A DNA stretch of 64,000 bases from Syntrophales bacterium (GCA_963668175.1 OY764159.1:3744001-3808000); one strand, 5' to 3'; positions 27,961 to 38,779 are shown, numbered from the stretch's first letter. Notes: generated by a model not told the origin, from the letters alone. A program made the numbers and translations.

Positions 27961-29211
27961 ATGGATGATGTAGTCATTGTTTCCGCCTGCCGTACGGCCA
28001 TCGGCGGATTTGGAGGCACGCTCAAGGACTTGAACTGTGCCTTACTGGGAAGTTACGTTATGAAGGAAGCCATAAAACGGGCAGGAATCAAACCGGACAT
28101 CATCGACGATGTCCGGTTCGGCAACTGTTTCGAGCCTGTCGACACCCTGAACGTCACCCGTGTCTCCGCTCTCATGGCGGACATCCCGGAAACCGTTACC
28201 GCCGTGACGGTCAACCGGGTCTGCATCTCGGGAATGGAAGCCGTTTTGTCCGGCATGGCCATGATCCAGGCCGGCATGGCGGACGTTATTCTCGCCGGGG
28301 GTATGGAGCATATGTCCGGCGTCGACTATTCCGTTCCTGCCGCCCGCTGGGGATGCCGTTTTCAGGACCAGAAGTTCGTGGACAACCTCGTTCACGGCCT
28401 TCATGCCGGATCGCATCTCCTGCCCGGCCCTGAAAAAGGACCGGTCAAGGACGGACCGATCATCGATATCTTTCGGGGAAAGCCTTACATCATGGGTATC
28501 ACGACCGAACTGATCGCCCACATGTACAACATCAGCAGGGAAGAGATGGATGAAGTTGCGCTCCGGAGCCACAACAATGTCGAGAGGGCAACGCTCCAGG
28601 GTGACTTCAAGGATGAGATCGTTCCCATCGAACTGCCCCAGAAAAAAGGCAAGCCCCCCAAGATTTTCGACAAGGACGAACACTTCCGGCCTAACCTGAC
28701 CATGGAAGAGCTGGCGAAACTGCCTTCGGCCTTTGTCCCCAAGATCGGGAAGGTAACGGCCGGCAATGCCTCGGGCATCAACGACGGCGCAAGCGCCATG
28801 GTGATCATGTCCGCCGGAAAGGCGAAAGAACTGGGCCTGAAGCCCCTGGCCCGGATCAAGGCCATCGGCAGGGGGGGATGCCATCCCTCCGTCATGGGCC
28901 TGAGTCCCACACCCGCCGTCAAGGACCTTCTCTCCCGCGGCAAGATGAAGCTGGACGATTTTGAACTCATTGAACTCAATGAAGCCTTTGCGGGACAGTA
29001 CATCGGCGTGGAGAAAGAACTGGGGATAAATCGAGAAATAACGAACGTCAACGGTTCGGGCGTCGGCCTGGGTCACCCGGTCGGCTCCACCGGATGCCGC
29101 ATCATGGTTTCGCTGCTTTACGCCATGAAGAAGAGAGGCAAGACGCTGGGGCTCGCCACCTTGTGCGGCGGCGGCGGCGTATCCATGGCATGCGCCCTGG
29201 AAATGATCTAG
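27961..29211 (+). CDS. Acetyl-CoA C-acyltransferase (thiolase)
   Basis: NRVCISG, NEAFA, GHPVGSTG, LCGGGG. Confidence 0.95.
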   Translation: MDDVVIVSACRTAIGGFGGTLKDLNCALLGSYVMKEAIKRAGIKPDIIDDVRFGNCFEPVDTLNVTRVSALMADIPETVTAVTVNRVCISGMEAVLSGMAMIQAGMADVILAGGMEHMSGVDYSVPAARWGCRFQDQKFVDNLVHGLHAGSHLLPGPEKGPVKDGPIIDIFRGKPYIMGITTELIAHMYNISREEMDEVALRSHNNVERATLQGDFKDEIVPIELPQKKGKPPKIFDKDEHFRPNLTMEELAKLPSAFVPKIGKVTAGNASGINDGASAMVIMSAGKAKELGLKPLARIKAIGRGGCHPSVMGLSPTPAVKDLLSRGKMKLDDFELIELNEAFAGQYIGVEKELGINREITNVNGSGVGLGHPVGSTGCRIMVSLLYAMKKRGKTLGLATLCGGGGVSMACALEMI

Positions 29212-29252
29212 CAGTGAACCTCCTTTTGTTCCCTCCTTTCAAGGAGGTTTCC

Positions 29253-29288
29253 GGCAGCCCCTCTTAGCGGAAAGAGGGGCTGCCCTTT
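29253..29288. terminator. Hairpin terminator between the convergent thiolase and activator genes
   Basis: GGCAGCCCCTCTT...AAGAGGGGCTGCC, 13-bp stem. Confidence 0.7.
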
Positions 29289-30717
29289 AGAGGATATCAT
29301 GCTTCCCGTTGGTCAGCCCGTATTTCCGCTTTTTACGCGTCAGGGTGGATATATCGATCTGCAGACGCTGTGCCGCATCCTCCAGGTTGGCCGACGAATC
29401 CAATGTTTGACGGATGAATTCCCTCTCAAAGGCCTCGACATTTTGCCTGAGGGGTCCTTCCAGACGCGGGGGGTGCCGGTGATGGACGTTAATAAAGTAG
29501 TTGACTTTGCTGAATTTTTTTATATCAGCCGGCAGATCGTGAAGCATGACCATGTCATCCGTACTTGTCACAACGATCCTTTCGATGGTATTGCGCACCT
29601 CCCGCACGTTTCCCGGCCAGTCATAATTCATCAGGGCGTTTAAGGCGTCAATCGAAAGAAACTTGTTCGTATTGTAATTCTGGTTGTAGATCTTTAGGAA
29701 ATGCTTGATCATGGGCAGGATATCCTCTTTCCTCTCTTTCAGAGGCGAAATGTGCATGGGAATCACATTGAGCCGGTAGTAGAGATCCTGTCTGAATTTC
29801 CGGTGCTTGACCATCTGTTCGAGATCCATATTCGTCGCGGCGATGATACGGACGTCGATCGGAATAGTTGCCAGGCTTCCCAGCCGCTTGATCATCCGGT
29901 CCTGAAGGACGTTGAGAAGCTTAGCCTGGAGTTCATAGGGGAACTCTCCGATCTCGTCGAGAAACAGCGTACCACCGTTGGCCAGCTCGAATGTTCCCTG
30001 TTTGCCGCCGGCTCTGGCATCAGTAAAGGCGCCGGTTTCGTAGCCGAATAATTCCGATTCGAGCAGATTCGCCGGCAGGGACGCGCAATCAACCTTGACG
30101 AAGGCGCCGACGCCCTGTCTCCGGCTCTGAAAATGGATGAACTGTGCGAGAACGTCTTTGCCGACGCCGGAAAGGCCCGTAATGAGCACCGTGGCATCGG
30201 AGCGGGCCACTTTTTTGGCCAGGGATAAAATCCGGCGGAATTCCGTGCTTTGCCCCACGAAAAATTTGTTGCTGCCGCCAAGCTGTTCCTCCAGGTAATC
30301 GATCCGCTGTTTGAATTTTTCGATCATCACCTGGGAATTCTTGAGCTGCCCGTTGATCCGGTTCAGTTCCGTGATATCCTTCAAGGTGCTGACGACTGCG
30401 GCCGGCCGGCCGTCGTCCCGCCAGAGCATGGCCGCGGTGACCAGAAGCTGCTTGCCGCTCGGATACTGAATAAGGCGGCTCCGGCTCTGGTGATCTTTCA
30501 GAACCTCCAGATTCACCGCTGTCGGCACCCAGTTGTTTTCAATCATATAGGTGGTGTGCCGGCCGATCATCTCTTCCCGGTTGATGCCGGAAATGTCTTC
30601 GAAGGCCTGATTGGCCATGATGTAATACCCTTCCGCATCCGCGATGAACATGCCGTCCTGCACGGACTCGATGAGAGCCCGGGCGATGCTGAGCGTTTTC
30701 GGAGAAAATCCGGCCAT
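29287..30717 (-). CDS. PAS-domain sigma54-dependent Fis-family activator
   Basis: PAS; GLSGVGKD; ESELFG..GAFTDA; FLDEIGE; WPGNVRE; C-terminal HTH. Confidence 0.93.
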   Translation of the reverse strand: MAGFSPKTLSIARALIESVQDGMFIADAEGYYIMANQAFEDISGINREEMIGRHTTYMIENNWVPTAVNLEVLKDHQSRSRLIQYPSGKQLLVTAAMLWRDDGRPAAVVSTLKDITELNRINGQLKNSQVMIEKFKQRIDYLEEQLGGSNKFFVGQSTEFRRILSLAKKVARSDATVLITGLSGVGKDVLAQFIHFQSRRQGVGAFVKVDCASLPANLLESELFGYETGAFTDARAGGKQGTFELANGGTLFLDEIGEFPYELQAKLLNVLQDRMIKRLGSLATIPIDVRIIAATNMDLEQMVKHRKFRQDLYYRLNVIPMHISPLKERKEDILPMIKHFLKIYNQNYNTNKFLSIDALNALMNYDWPGNVREVRNTIERIVVTSTDDMVMLHDLPADIKKFSKVNYFINVHHRHPPRLEGPLRQNVEAFEREFIRQTLDSSANLEDAAQRLQIDISTLTRKKRKYGLTNGKHDIL

Positions 30718-30831
30718 AACTGAGACTCCTTGCGAAACGGTTTGTATGTTTTGGGAGAACGAGGCAGATGCGACTCTATAGCATAAAGCCTCTTCGATGT
30801 GAACAGGATCGACATATGGACTTCCGCTTCG

Positions 30832-31707
30832 TTAGAAACGGATGTAATGTTCGCCTCCGTAGAATCCCGTTTTCTTCAATCCGCAAAGCCATATCATGAG
30901 ATGATAGATCGCGTAGACCTCCAGACCGAAGGGCAGGTAGCCGAGATAACCGAGGGCCGGCATCTCGAAGATGTTATAGCCGTCGAAATAGGGAAGCGTA
31001 TAGTACCATTTGGGAAGGGCGTAAAAGTTCCACATCTCCCAGAAGAAACCGCACGTGAGAGCCCCGGCAGCCAGACAAATCATGGGCCGAAGGTCGCCGC
31101 GCTCAAGGCGTTTCAGGAGAGAGGGGGCTCCGATCAGGACATTGAGCGAATCGCAGAAGAGATAGAGACATATCCATAACATGAAGAAACATATTTTCGG
31201 AAAAGATACAACCAGGACCATCATGACCACTGCGGCCAGAATCAGTATCGCCAGCCTCCGGTTCGTAACGGCGATCCGCCGGCCGTTTCTCAGGCCCGCA
31301 AAAAGGGGCATGGCTCCCCACAATTCCGCAGTGGACAGGACCGCCGGAATGACGACGCTGAAATGGACGGACGCCCGGATGGCGTATTCCATATGCCCCA
31401 GAGGCCTGACTTGCAGGTAGTGCCAGTTCTGAAGGGACAGATTGAAGAATTCGAAGATCCACCACAGGGGAACGGACAGGATGAACAGACCGATGTAAGC
31501 CTTTCCGTTTCTTGAGAGAAGCGACGTACCGCTATACCGAACATTGAGCGCGTCGACAAGGATGCAGTATCCGACCCAAAGGAAGAGGAACCCGTTTTCC
31601 CACAGCCATTGCCAATCTTCCGGCCTTACCCAGGCCAGGGGCCAGCCGAAAGCGATAAGGACAACGCCGATATAACCGTATCCAGGGCAACGAGACCGTA
31701 TACCCAT
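30832..31707 (-). CDS. Hypothetical polytopic membrane protein
   Basis: Multiple TM helices; WWIFE..N, FWEMWN, FEMP.LGY; GGAGG RBS. Confidence 0.75.
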   Translation of the reverse strand: MGIRSRCPGYGYIGVVLIAFGWPLAWVRPEDWQWLWENGFLFLWVGYCILVDALNVRYSGTSLLSRNGKAYIGLFILSVPLWWIFEFFNLSLQNWHYLQVRPLGHMEYAIRASVHFSVVIPAVLSTAELWGAMPLFAGLRNGRRIAVTNRRLAILILAAVVMMVLVVSFPKICFFMLWICLYLFCDSLNVLIGAPSLLKRLERGDLRPMICLAAGALTCGFFWEMWNFYALPKWYYTLPYFDGYNIFEMPALGYLGYLPFGLEVYAIYHLMIWLCGLKKTGFYGGEHYIRF

Positions 31708-31802
31708 GGCAAGACCTCCTCCGGCACCGGCTCTCTCCGTGTCGACAGCCCTCCTAGGTCAATAGCTTATCCGATCCCTTCACACGGACGCGGCCCTGAC
31801 TT

Positions 31803-31952
31803 TCACTTTCTCTTCTTGAGTTCGTCGATCCGCTCCCTGATGGAATCGGCCAGATCCTTAAGCTCGTCCTCGCTCAACTGGTGCAGGAAGAGCATCTCCA
31901 GGTCTGTTTTTAACAATTCTTTAATGATTTCAATCAATTTTCTTTTTGGCAT
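31803..31952 (-). CDS. Small 49-aa helical hypothetical protein (below the ORF-track cutoff)
   Basis: MPKRKLIEIIKELLKTDLEMLFLHQLSEDELKDLADSIRERIDELKKRK*; AGAGG RBS. Confidence 0.65.
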   Translation of the reverse strand: MPKRKLIEIIKELLKTDLEMLFLHQLSEDELKDLADSIRERIDELKKRK

Positions 31953-32050
31953 GTATAGTTATCCTCTGGTCGGGAAACGGCAACATTATCAATCTCCGGC
32001 AGTATTCCATTTCTCCTACAGTGTGGGATATCCCCTATGCAGCCGCCCCG

Positions 32051-32081
32051 AAAAACAAGGCCCGCCCCTGAAAGGCGGGCC
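32051..32081 (-). terminator. Intrinsic terminator
   Basis: GGCCCGCC stem followed by TTGTTTTT on the minus strand. Confidence 0.6.
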
Positions 32082-32119
32082 GCGTCATGAATATCCGGTC
32101 GGAGCCGCGAGACCCGCAA

Positions 32120-32383
32120 TCAACATTTAAAAGGATAGAAATGACTGTAGCAATACGCTTCCGGATCGCTCTGCTTCAGCTCCGCATCGATCATGCACTG
32201 ACCGATCATCTTCTTGGAAACTTCTTCGTAATCGGCCCGCGCTTCTTCCTCTTTCTTGCACGCCATACAGATAGCTTTATGGTCGTAGCTCGACAATATC
32301 CGTTGATCCTTCTGACCCAGACGGGCACGGCACCTCGGACATTCCGTCGCACAGTAGAGTTGCTCTTTCCAATCCTTCGCCAT
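32120..32383 (-). CDS. Small Cys-rich (Zn-binding) hypothetical protein
   Basis: CPRC, CMAC and further Cys; AGGAGG RBS. Confidence 0.75.
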   Translation of the reverse strand: MAKDWKEQLYCATECPRCRARLGQKDQRILSSYDHKAICMACKKEEEARADYEEVSKKMIGQCMIDAELKQSDPEAYCYSHFYPFKC

Positions 32384-32644
32384 ATTCCGATCCTCCTTTC
32401 CCTACCCTGATGAATAGCCTCTGTCCCGATATCGTCATGCAACCTGCAACCATGCCGGACCTCTACGCCGGAATAAATGGACTGACATTTCCCCCACTTC
32501 GAGTCCATTCATTAATGATATATGTATCGCCGGACGTGCTGTCAATAGCAGGAGGATTGAATCAAGGATGGTACGGATTCCCCTGTCCTGCGGATAGATT
32601 ATGTGCGGCGGGACGGGCAGAAAGTTCACGCCCGCCTTCGGGAA

Positions 32645-33070
32645 TCACTCGCCGATGATTTTGACGAGGACGCGTTTTCGCCTTCTGCCGTCGAATTCGC
32701 CGTAGAAAATCTGCTCCCAGGGGCCGAAATCGAGCCCGCCTCCCGTTACGGCCACCACGACTTCCCGACCCATGACCTGTCTCTTCAGATGGGCGTCGCC
32801 GTTGTCCTCCCCGGTGCGGTTGTGGCGGTACAGGGAGACAGGTTCGTGGGGCGCCAGCTTTTCCAGCCAGACTTCGTAGTCCTGGTGAAGCCCCCTTTCG
32901 TCGTCGTTGATGAAGACGGACGCCGTGATATGCATCGCGTTGACCAGCACCAATCCTTCCTTGATGCCGCTTTCCCTGAGGCACATTTCGACCTCCGGCG
33001 TAATATTCACAAATGCCCGGCGGGTCGGAATGTCAAACCATAATTCTTTGCGATAGGATTTCATTTTCAC
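32645..33070 (-). CDS. yjbQ: YjbQ/UPF0047 family protein
   Basis: HITASV.IN, Y.HN...[24 protein letters not shown]. Confidence 0.9.
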   Translation of the reverse strand: MKMKSYRKELWFDIPTRRAFVNITPEVEMCLRESGIKEGLVLVNAMHITASVFINDDERGLHQDYEVWLEKLAPHEPVSLYRHNRTGEDNGDAHLKRQVMGREVVVAVTGGGLDFGPWEQIFYGEFDGRRRKRVLVKIIGE

Positions 33071-33073
33071 CCC

Positions 33074-33529
33074 TCAATAGATGCCCTCGACACAGCCCCC
33101 GGCCAGCACGCCGCCTAATTCCTGGCATTTCTCCAAAGTCTCTTCCGTGACTTTTCCCTTGCAGACAACCGGATTGTAGACCATTTTGAATTTATAGCCC
33201 AGGGCTATTCTTTCGATGGCTCGGAGGGCGCCCGTTCCGTCATTGCCCGCACAGACGAATACGACGTAAGGTTTCCGGAAAACCTTTTCGTGGGCGGGGT
33301 AGAAGGTCCGGTCGAAAAAGTCCTTGACCATGCCCGCCATGTATCCGAAATTTTCCGGCGTGCCGACGGCGAGCCCGTCGGCCGCGAGCAGGTCTTCGGT
33401 GGTCGTATCTCCGGCCCTTTTCAGCTCGACCGAGACGCCTTCAATCTGCCTGGCCCCTTCGGCCACCGCCTCGGCCATCTTTTGGGTATTGCCGGTCTGG
33501 GAATGATAGACGATGAGTATCTTGGCCAT
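33074..33529 (-). CDS. Flavodoxin/WrbA-like protein
   Basis: YHSQTGNTQKMAE, GTPENFG. Confidence 0.88.
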   Translation of the reverse strand: MAKILIVYHSQTGNTQKMAEAVAEGARQIEGVSVELKRAGDTTTEDLLAADGLAVGTPENFGYMAGMVKDFFDRTFYPAHEKVFRKPYVVFVCAGNDGTGALRAIERIALGYKFKMVYNPVVCKGKVTEETLEKCQELGGVLAGGCVEGIY

Positions 33530-33668
33530 TTGTTTATATTAAAAAAATGGTATTTATTCAACATGTTAGTGCATATCGAGGCGGAAATGGCATGCAAGCG
33601 ATCGAAACTTCCCCTATGGAAAAAAGCGCCCCACGGGAACCGTGCGGCAAGCTCATTCGGCCGCCGGA

Positions 33669-34286
33669 TCAGATGATGCCTAAAAGCTTCTTCTTTTCCT
33701 TGAAAGACTGGGCCATCTCGTCGATGATGTCGTCGAGGAGTTTCCCCGCCGAGGCGGCCTCGGATTCCCTGTCGATGATGTTGAGGATCTTCTTTTCGCC
33801 GACGTTCTTCGCCTTGTCGTTTTTCATGATCTCGCCGGACCACAGGACTTCGCCCGTTTCCACCTTCACCATCTTGGCCGTCAGGTAGACTTCCGAAAAG
33901 TGGATGAAGTTGTTTCTCCGGTCTTCCGTGTAGGTGTGGAGCGTCCCCGTCAGAATGGTATCGGCGCCGAGCTGTTTCAACTTCTGCTTCGTTGTCTCGT
34001 CCATGATCCCCGAATCGGTCTGCTGAAACTTGACCTCCTCCATCACCTTCTTGATGTCCGTCCGGTCGACGAGCTTAAACTTGGAATCCACGAGGGCAGC
34101 CGTGAATTTATCCGCGATGATATCCCGGTGGACGGAGACATGATCGCCCCGGTTGAATGTCAGAATGGCGATCCTGTTGATCTTAGCGGGACTGTAATCC
34201 TTGGAAAAATTGATCTTGTGAACGACCGCGGCCGAACAGGCCGTCAACAAAAACAGGCTGATTGTGACACAAAGCTTCGTTTTCAT
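33669..34286 (-). CDS. Lipoprotein with a CsgG/LpoB-like fold
   Basis: Lipobox LTAC; FKLVDR..I..V..E, LGADTILTG, VETGEVLW. Confidence 0.7.
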   Translation of the reverse strand: MKTKLCVTISLFLLTACSAAVVHKINFSKDYSPAKINRIAILTFNRGDHVSVHRDIIADKFTAALVDSKFKLVDRTDIKKVMEEVKFQQTDSGIMDETTKQKLKQLGADTILTGTLHTYTEDRRNNFIHFSEVYLTAKMVKVETGEVLWSGEIMKNDKAKNVGEKKILNIIDRESEAASAGKLLDDIIDEMAQSFKEKKKLLGII

Positions 34287-34501
34287 AGCTTGACACCTCC
34301 CCGTTTCTCCCCCCAAGTTTAAGGGCAAATTGCTATGATTAGGCGGACCTTGTCAATCGATTTTTTAATGATAATATAGATTATAGAAAACGCCGTCCAG
34401 GAACGGGTTCATGTTGTCGTCGTCTCGCGACGCAACACGAGAATTTCCGATATAATATTTGACATCCGGATTGGGTCTGTGGCAGATAAAATCACTTTTA
34501 A

Positions 34502-35419
34502 ATGCAGAGTTTAAGGATGACATCAACCGGCACGGTGAAAAAAAGCGACGAGACTTTTCCCGTAAGCCTGGCCCCCGGTCTCTGGATGCTGGGTCACGGC
34601 TTCTTTACGGTCTATCTCGTTCAGGGAAGCCGAAAGACGGCCCTGATCGAGTTGGGCGTCTCGGCCACGGTCGACGCCGTCGTCGCGCAATTGCAATCCC
34701 TGGGGATCGCCCCCGATTTTCTCGTCATGATGCATCCTCACGGCGACCATATCAACGGTCTTCCGGGGCTCCTCCGCGCTTATCCCGCTGCCCGGGTCGT
34801 TGCCGGGCCGGGCGCCGAAGCGTTTATCGCCCATCCCAAAACGGCCAAGGCACTGGTGGACGAAGACCGGTTCATTACCGATTTTATGGCCGCACAAGGG
34901 GTCGTTTCCGTATATTCGCCGCTCACGGAAGCCCCGACGCTGGCCGGTTCCCGTGCAGTCAACGACGGCGATACGATCGACCTGGGAGGCCGGACACTGC
35001 ATTTCCTTACCGTCAAGGGTCACGCACCCGGCGGTATCGCCGTTTCCATCCCGGAGATCGGGGCCCTCATGCCGTCCGACAGCCTCGGTTACCGCTTCTC
35101 CCGGGGCGGCTTCTTTCCCATATATTTTACCGGATACAACGACTATATGGCCACAATCGACCGCCTGGCGTCACTGCAACCGGAAATACTGTGTTTACCG
35201 CACCAGGGGGCCTTGTGCGGCGAAGGCCGGAACCGGGCCTTTGCCGATGCGCGCCGCGACGCCGCCGACATGCGGAACAGGATTCTGAACGATGCCCGCA
35301 GCGACGATGATATCGTGGCGGATATCTTCGCCGATTTCTACCGCGACGAATTGAAACTTTACACCAGGGAAAATATCGTCGGCTGCTGCCGCCTTCTGAT
35401 CAAGAGGAGCAGAGAGTAA
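34502..35419 (+). CDS. MBL-fold metallo-hydrolase
   Basis: HPHGDH, GHAPG, SDSLG, LPHQG. Confidence 0.85.
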   Translation: MQSLRMTSTGTVKKSDETFPVSLAPGLWMLGHGFFTVYLVQGSRKTALIELGVSATVDAVVAQLQSLGIAPDFLVMMHPHGDHINGLPGLLRAYPAARVVAGPGAEAFIAHPKTAKALVDEDRFITDFMAAQGVVSVYSPLTEAPTLAGSRAVNDGDTIDLGGRTLHFLTVKGHAPGGIAVSIPEIGALMPSDSLGYRFSRGGFFPIYFTGYNDYMATIDRLASLQPEILCLPHQGALCGEGRNRAFADARRDAADMRNRILNDARSDDDIVADIFADFYRDELKLYTRENIVGCCRLLIKRSRE

Positions 35420-35423
35420 TCCA

Positions 35424-36965
35424 TTGAAACAGCGATTGTTTATTCTTTTTACCGTCCTCGTCCTTTTGTTTCCTTCCGCCGGCCGGGCCAATTCCAATGG
35501 AACATTTTCGGATGCATCCGTCTTTCAGGGTAACGAGCTGATCAATCTGGAGCGTTTCCGGCAGATCGTCGAGGCAGCCCTCTCACGTTTTGAAATGCAG
35601 GGCACCCTGGCCGGCTTCAAAGTCGTCGACCTCAATACGGGCCTCATCATTTACGATTTTAACGGCAACGTCCTTTTCAACCCCGCCAGCAACATGAAGA
35701 TCGTGACAACATCGGCCGCCCTTTACGGCCTCGGCCCCGGATACCGTTTTACGACGTCGATCCGAACGGAAACCCCTCCGGACACCAGGGGAACGGTCAG
35801 GGGCGATCTCTACGTGATCGGTCGCGGCGACCCTTTGCTCAATCACGAAAACCTCCAGCGGCTGGCGGCGGACCTGTACCGTTCGGGGCTGCGGACCGTC
35901 AGGGGGGATATCGTGGTGGACGATTCCTTTTTCGATGCCGCCCGTCAGATTCCCGGATGGGACAACGATAACGACCAGAGCTGCTACTGCGCTCCCATGG
36001 GCGCCCTTTCCGTCCAGTTCAACACGGTCTGGGTGGCCGTCCAAGCGTCGCCCAAGGCCGGGCGAAGGGTCCTGGTCGGCCTCACGCCCCAATCGGACTA
36101 CTTCCGCATCCGGAATTCAGCCACAACGGTCCGCAAAGGACGCGCGAAATTGACCGTGAAGATATTGCCGGGAACTCAGCATCCCCAACTTATTATCCAG
36201 GGACGCCTCAACCGCCGGGACGGCAGCGTCACGGCATGCCGGAAAGTCGCCGATCCCGCGGCATATGCAGGGTGGACGCTACGCCGTTACCTGACGGCAC
36301 AGGGCATCCGGATTCGCGGCAAGGTTAAAGTCCGGAAGGCCGACGGCCTTGCGAAAAACGAGATTCTGAATTTCTACAGCCCTACCTTGGAAGAGCTGAT
36401 CTATCATCTGAACAAGGAATCGAACAACTTCATGGCGGAACAGATATTCAGGACTGTGGGCGCCGAAAAGAAGGGGGCGCCGGGTTCGTGGGAAAACGGC
36501 AGTGGCTTTACCGGCGAATTCCTTTCGCAGGTGGTCGGCGTCAAGGAGGGCAGTTACGAGATACAGAACGGTTCCGGCCTGGGCATGGACAACCGTCTTT
36601 CCCCGGACGCCCTGATCCGCGTCCTGCAATACATGTATACCAATCCGGCCCTGAAGAATGCATTCCTCGCGTCGCTCCCCGTCATGGGACTGGACGGTAC
36701 GCTTCGCAACCGCCACAAGAACAGCGACGCATCCAACCGGATCATCGCCAAGACGGGCCTCCTGAACAACGTCATGACCCTCTCGGGTTACGTGGAAACG
36801 AAGGGTTGCGACAGGCTTGCCTTCTCCCTTCTCTTAAACAGGATCGCAATGGAACCCAAAACTCCCCTACGGAAAATCCAGGATGAAATCATCCTGGCCA
36901 TGAGCAACCTGGTCCTCAATCCGGCCAACCAAAGCTGTCCGGCCCTGCGGCCGGCGGCGCAATAA
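35424..36965 (+). CDS. dacB: D-Ala-D-Ala carboxypeptidase/endopeptidase (PBP4, S13)
   Basis: PASNMK, G.GDP, SNN, GSGL...NRLS, AKTG. Confidence 0.92.
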   Translation: MKQRLFILFTVLVLLFPSAGRANSNGTFSDASVFQGNELINLERFRQIVEAALSRFEMQGTLAGFKVVDLNTGLIIYDFNGNVLFNPASNMKIVTTSAALYGLGPGYRFTTSIRTETPPDTRGTVRGDLYVIGRGDPLLNHENLQRLAADLYRSGLRTVRGDIVVDDSFFDAARQIPGWDNDNDQSCYCAPMGALSVQFNTVWVAVQASPKAGRRVLVGLTPQSDYFRIRNSATTVRKGRAKLTVKILPGTQHPQLIIQGRLNRRDGSVTACRKVADPAAYAGWTLRRYLTAQGIRIRGKVKVRKADGLAKNEILNFYSPTLEELIYHLNKESNNFMAEQIFRTVGAEKKGAPGSWENGSGFTGEFLSQVVGVKEGSYEIQNGSGLGMDNRLSPDALIRVLQYMYTNPALKNAFLASLPVMGLDGTLRNRHKNSDASNRIIAKTGLLNNVMTLSGYVETKGCDRLAFSLLLNRIAMEPKTPLRKIQDEIILAMSNLVLNPANQSCPALRPAAQ

Positions 36966-37002
36966 AGGGAAGGCCGCCCCGAGAGGATCGGCCGGACTTG
37001 CC

Positions 37003-38742
37003 ATGACCCATCATGCGACTAAAGAGGATATCGGCAAAATCTTCGACGAGATCGCCGTCTTTCTCGAACTGAAAGGCGACAATCCCTTCAAAATAAGGGC
37101 CTATCAGAACGCCGCCCGCCATATTGAATCCCTGGAGGATTTCGAAAGACTGGCGGCGGAAGGAAAACTCTCGACCATCAAGGGAATCGGCGAGGCCCTC
37201 AATACGAAGATCATGGAACTGATAACCACCGGACGCCTTGCCTTTTATGAAAACCTCAAGCGGGAGATTCCGCCCGGGCACCTGGAAATGTTGAAAATAC
37301 CGGGGCTGGGACCGCGAAAGATCAGGACGCTTCATGAACTCCTGAACGTGGCATCGATCGACGACCTCGAGAATGCCTGCAAAGAGAACAGGCTCATGCA
37401 GATTGCCGGATTCGGGAAGAAGACGCAGGACAAGATCCTTGCCGGCATCGAACACCTCAAGGTCTATCACCAGCGCCGACTCCATGCGGACGTTACGGCC
37501 GAGGCCGGGATTCTGCTCGATCAGGTTGTCAGGCACCCCGATACGGTCGAGGCGAGCATTGCCGGATCGCTCCGCCGCTGCAAAGAAACCGTCAAGGACA
37601 TCGACATCGTCGCCTCTTCCCGCAATCCGCTCGCTCTCGGTGGCCATTATGCCGGCCTGTCCATGGCAACGTCCGTCATCGCCCGGGGAGAAACGAAGGT
37701 CAGCATCACGACGGCCTCGGGGATCAATTCCGATCTCAGGATCGTCGCACCGGAAGCCTTTCCCTATGCCCTCCATCATTTCACCGGGAGCAGGGAGCAC
37801 AACACCGCCATGCGGGGCCGGGCGAAAAAGATGGGACTCAAAATGAACGAATACGGTCTCTTCAAGGGCGAAGCCAATATCGTCTGCCGAAGCGAGGAGG
37901 ACCTGTTCGAGGCCTTGGGGCTCCATTATATCCCGCCCGAGATGCGGGAGGATATGGGAGAAATCGAGGCCGCGGAGGCCGGTACGATCCCCGAGCTCAT
38001 CGAAGAAAAAGACATCCGGGGCCTCTTTCACATCCACACGTCGGCGAGCGACGGTACCAACACGCTGGATGCCCTGGTCAAAAAGGCCGTAGAAATGGGT
38101 CTTTCCTACATCGGCATCTCCGATCACAGCCAGGCGGCCTATTACGCCGGCGGCCTTTCACCGGAAGCGATCAGGCAGCAACACGAGGCGATTGATGCCC
38201 TCAACGCCGCAGCGGCTCCGTTTCATATTTTCAAGGGCATCGAGGCCGATATCCTGCCGGACGGAAGTCTCGACTACGACGAGGATATCCTGGGCCGGTT
38301 CGACTTCGTCATTGCGGCCGTTCACTCCCACTTCAACATGCCCGAAGCGGCCATGACGGAAAGGATCGCGAAAGCCCTCGCCAACCCGTTCACGACCATG
38401 CTGGCCCACCCCACGGGACGGCTGCTCCTGGCGAGAGAGCCCTATGCGGTCAACCTGACGGCGGTGATCGATTGCGCCGCCGAATACGGCAAGGTCATCG
38501 AGCTCAACAGCCATCCCCAGCGCCTCGACCTGGACTGGCGCCACTGTATTTACGCCAAGAAAAAGGGCGTCGCCGTGGCCATCAATCCCGACGCCCATCA
38601 TCTGGAGGACCTGACAACCGTCCGCTACGGCATCCACATAGCCAGGAAAGGCTGGCTGGAACGCCGGGACTGCATCAATTGCCTGGATACCGCCGGCATC
38701 AAGGCCCTTTTGAAGCGTACCCGGCATCAAGGTACTGGCTAG
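37003..38742 (+). CDS. polX: DNA polymerase X with PHP domain
   Basis: NPFKIRAY, GSLRR..ETVKDIDIV, HFTGS..HN; PHP motifs HIHT, DHS, HPTGR, DAH. Confidence 0.95.
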   Translation: MTHHATKEDIGKIFDEIAVFLELKGDNPFKIRAYQNAARHIESLEDFERLAAEGKLSTIKGIGEALNTKIMELITTGRLAFYENLKREIPPGHLEMLKIPGLGPRKIRTLHELLNVASIDDLENACKENRLMQIAGFGKKTQDKILAGIEHLKVYHQRRLHADVTAEAGILLDQVVRHPDTVEASIAGSLRRCKETVKDIDIVASSRNPLALGGHYAGLSMATSVIARGETKVSITTASGINSDLRIVAPEAFPYALHHFTGSREHNTAMRGRAKKMGLKMNEYGLFKGEANIVCRSEEDLFEALGLHYIPPEMREDMGEIEAAEAGTIPELIEEKDIRGLFHIHTSASDGTNTLDALVKKAVEMGLSYIGISDHSQAAYYAGGLSPEAIRQQHEAIDALNAAAAPFHIFKGIEADILPDGSLDYDEDILGRFDFVIAAVHSHFNMPEAAMTERIAKALANPFTTMLAHPTGRLLLAREPYAVNLTAVIDCAAEYGKVIELNSHPQRLDLDWRHCIYAKKKGVAVAINPDAHHLEDLTTVRYGIHIARKGWLERRDCINCLDTAGIKALLKRTRHQGTG

Positions 38743-38779
38743 AGCAGAAGTAACCGATCCTTGACCCGGTCGGGGAAGT

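Noticed and set aside
30020..30040. GAFTDA instead of GAFTGA in the sigma54 activator
   Set aside because: A common natural variant. Not evidence of inactivity, and a consensus sigma54 promoter lies at the head of the adjacent operon.
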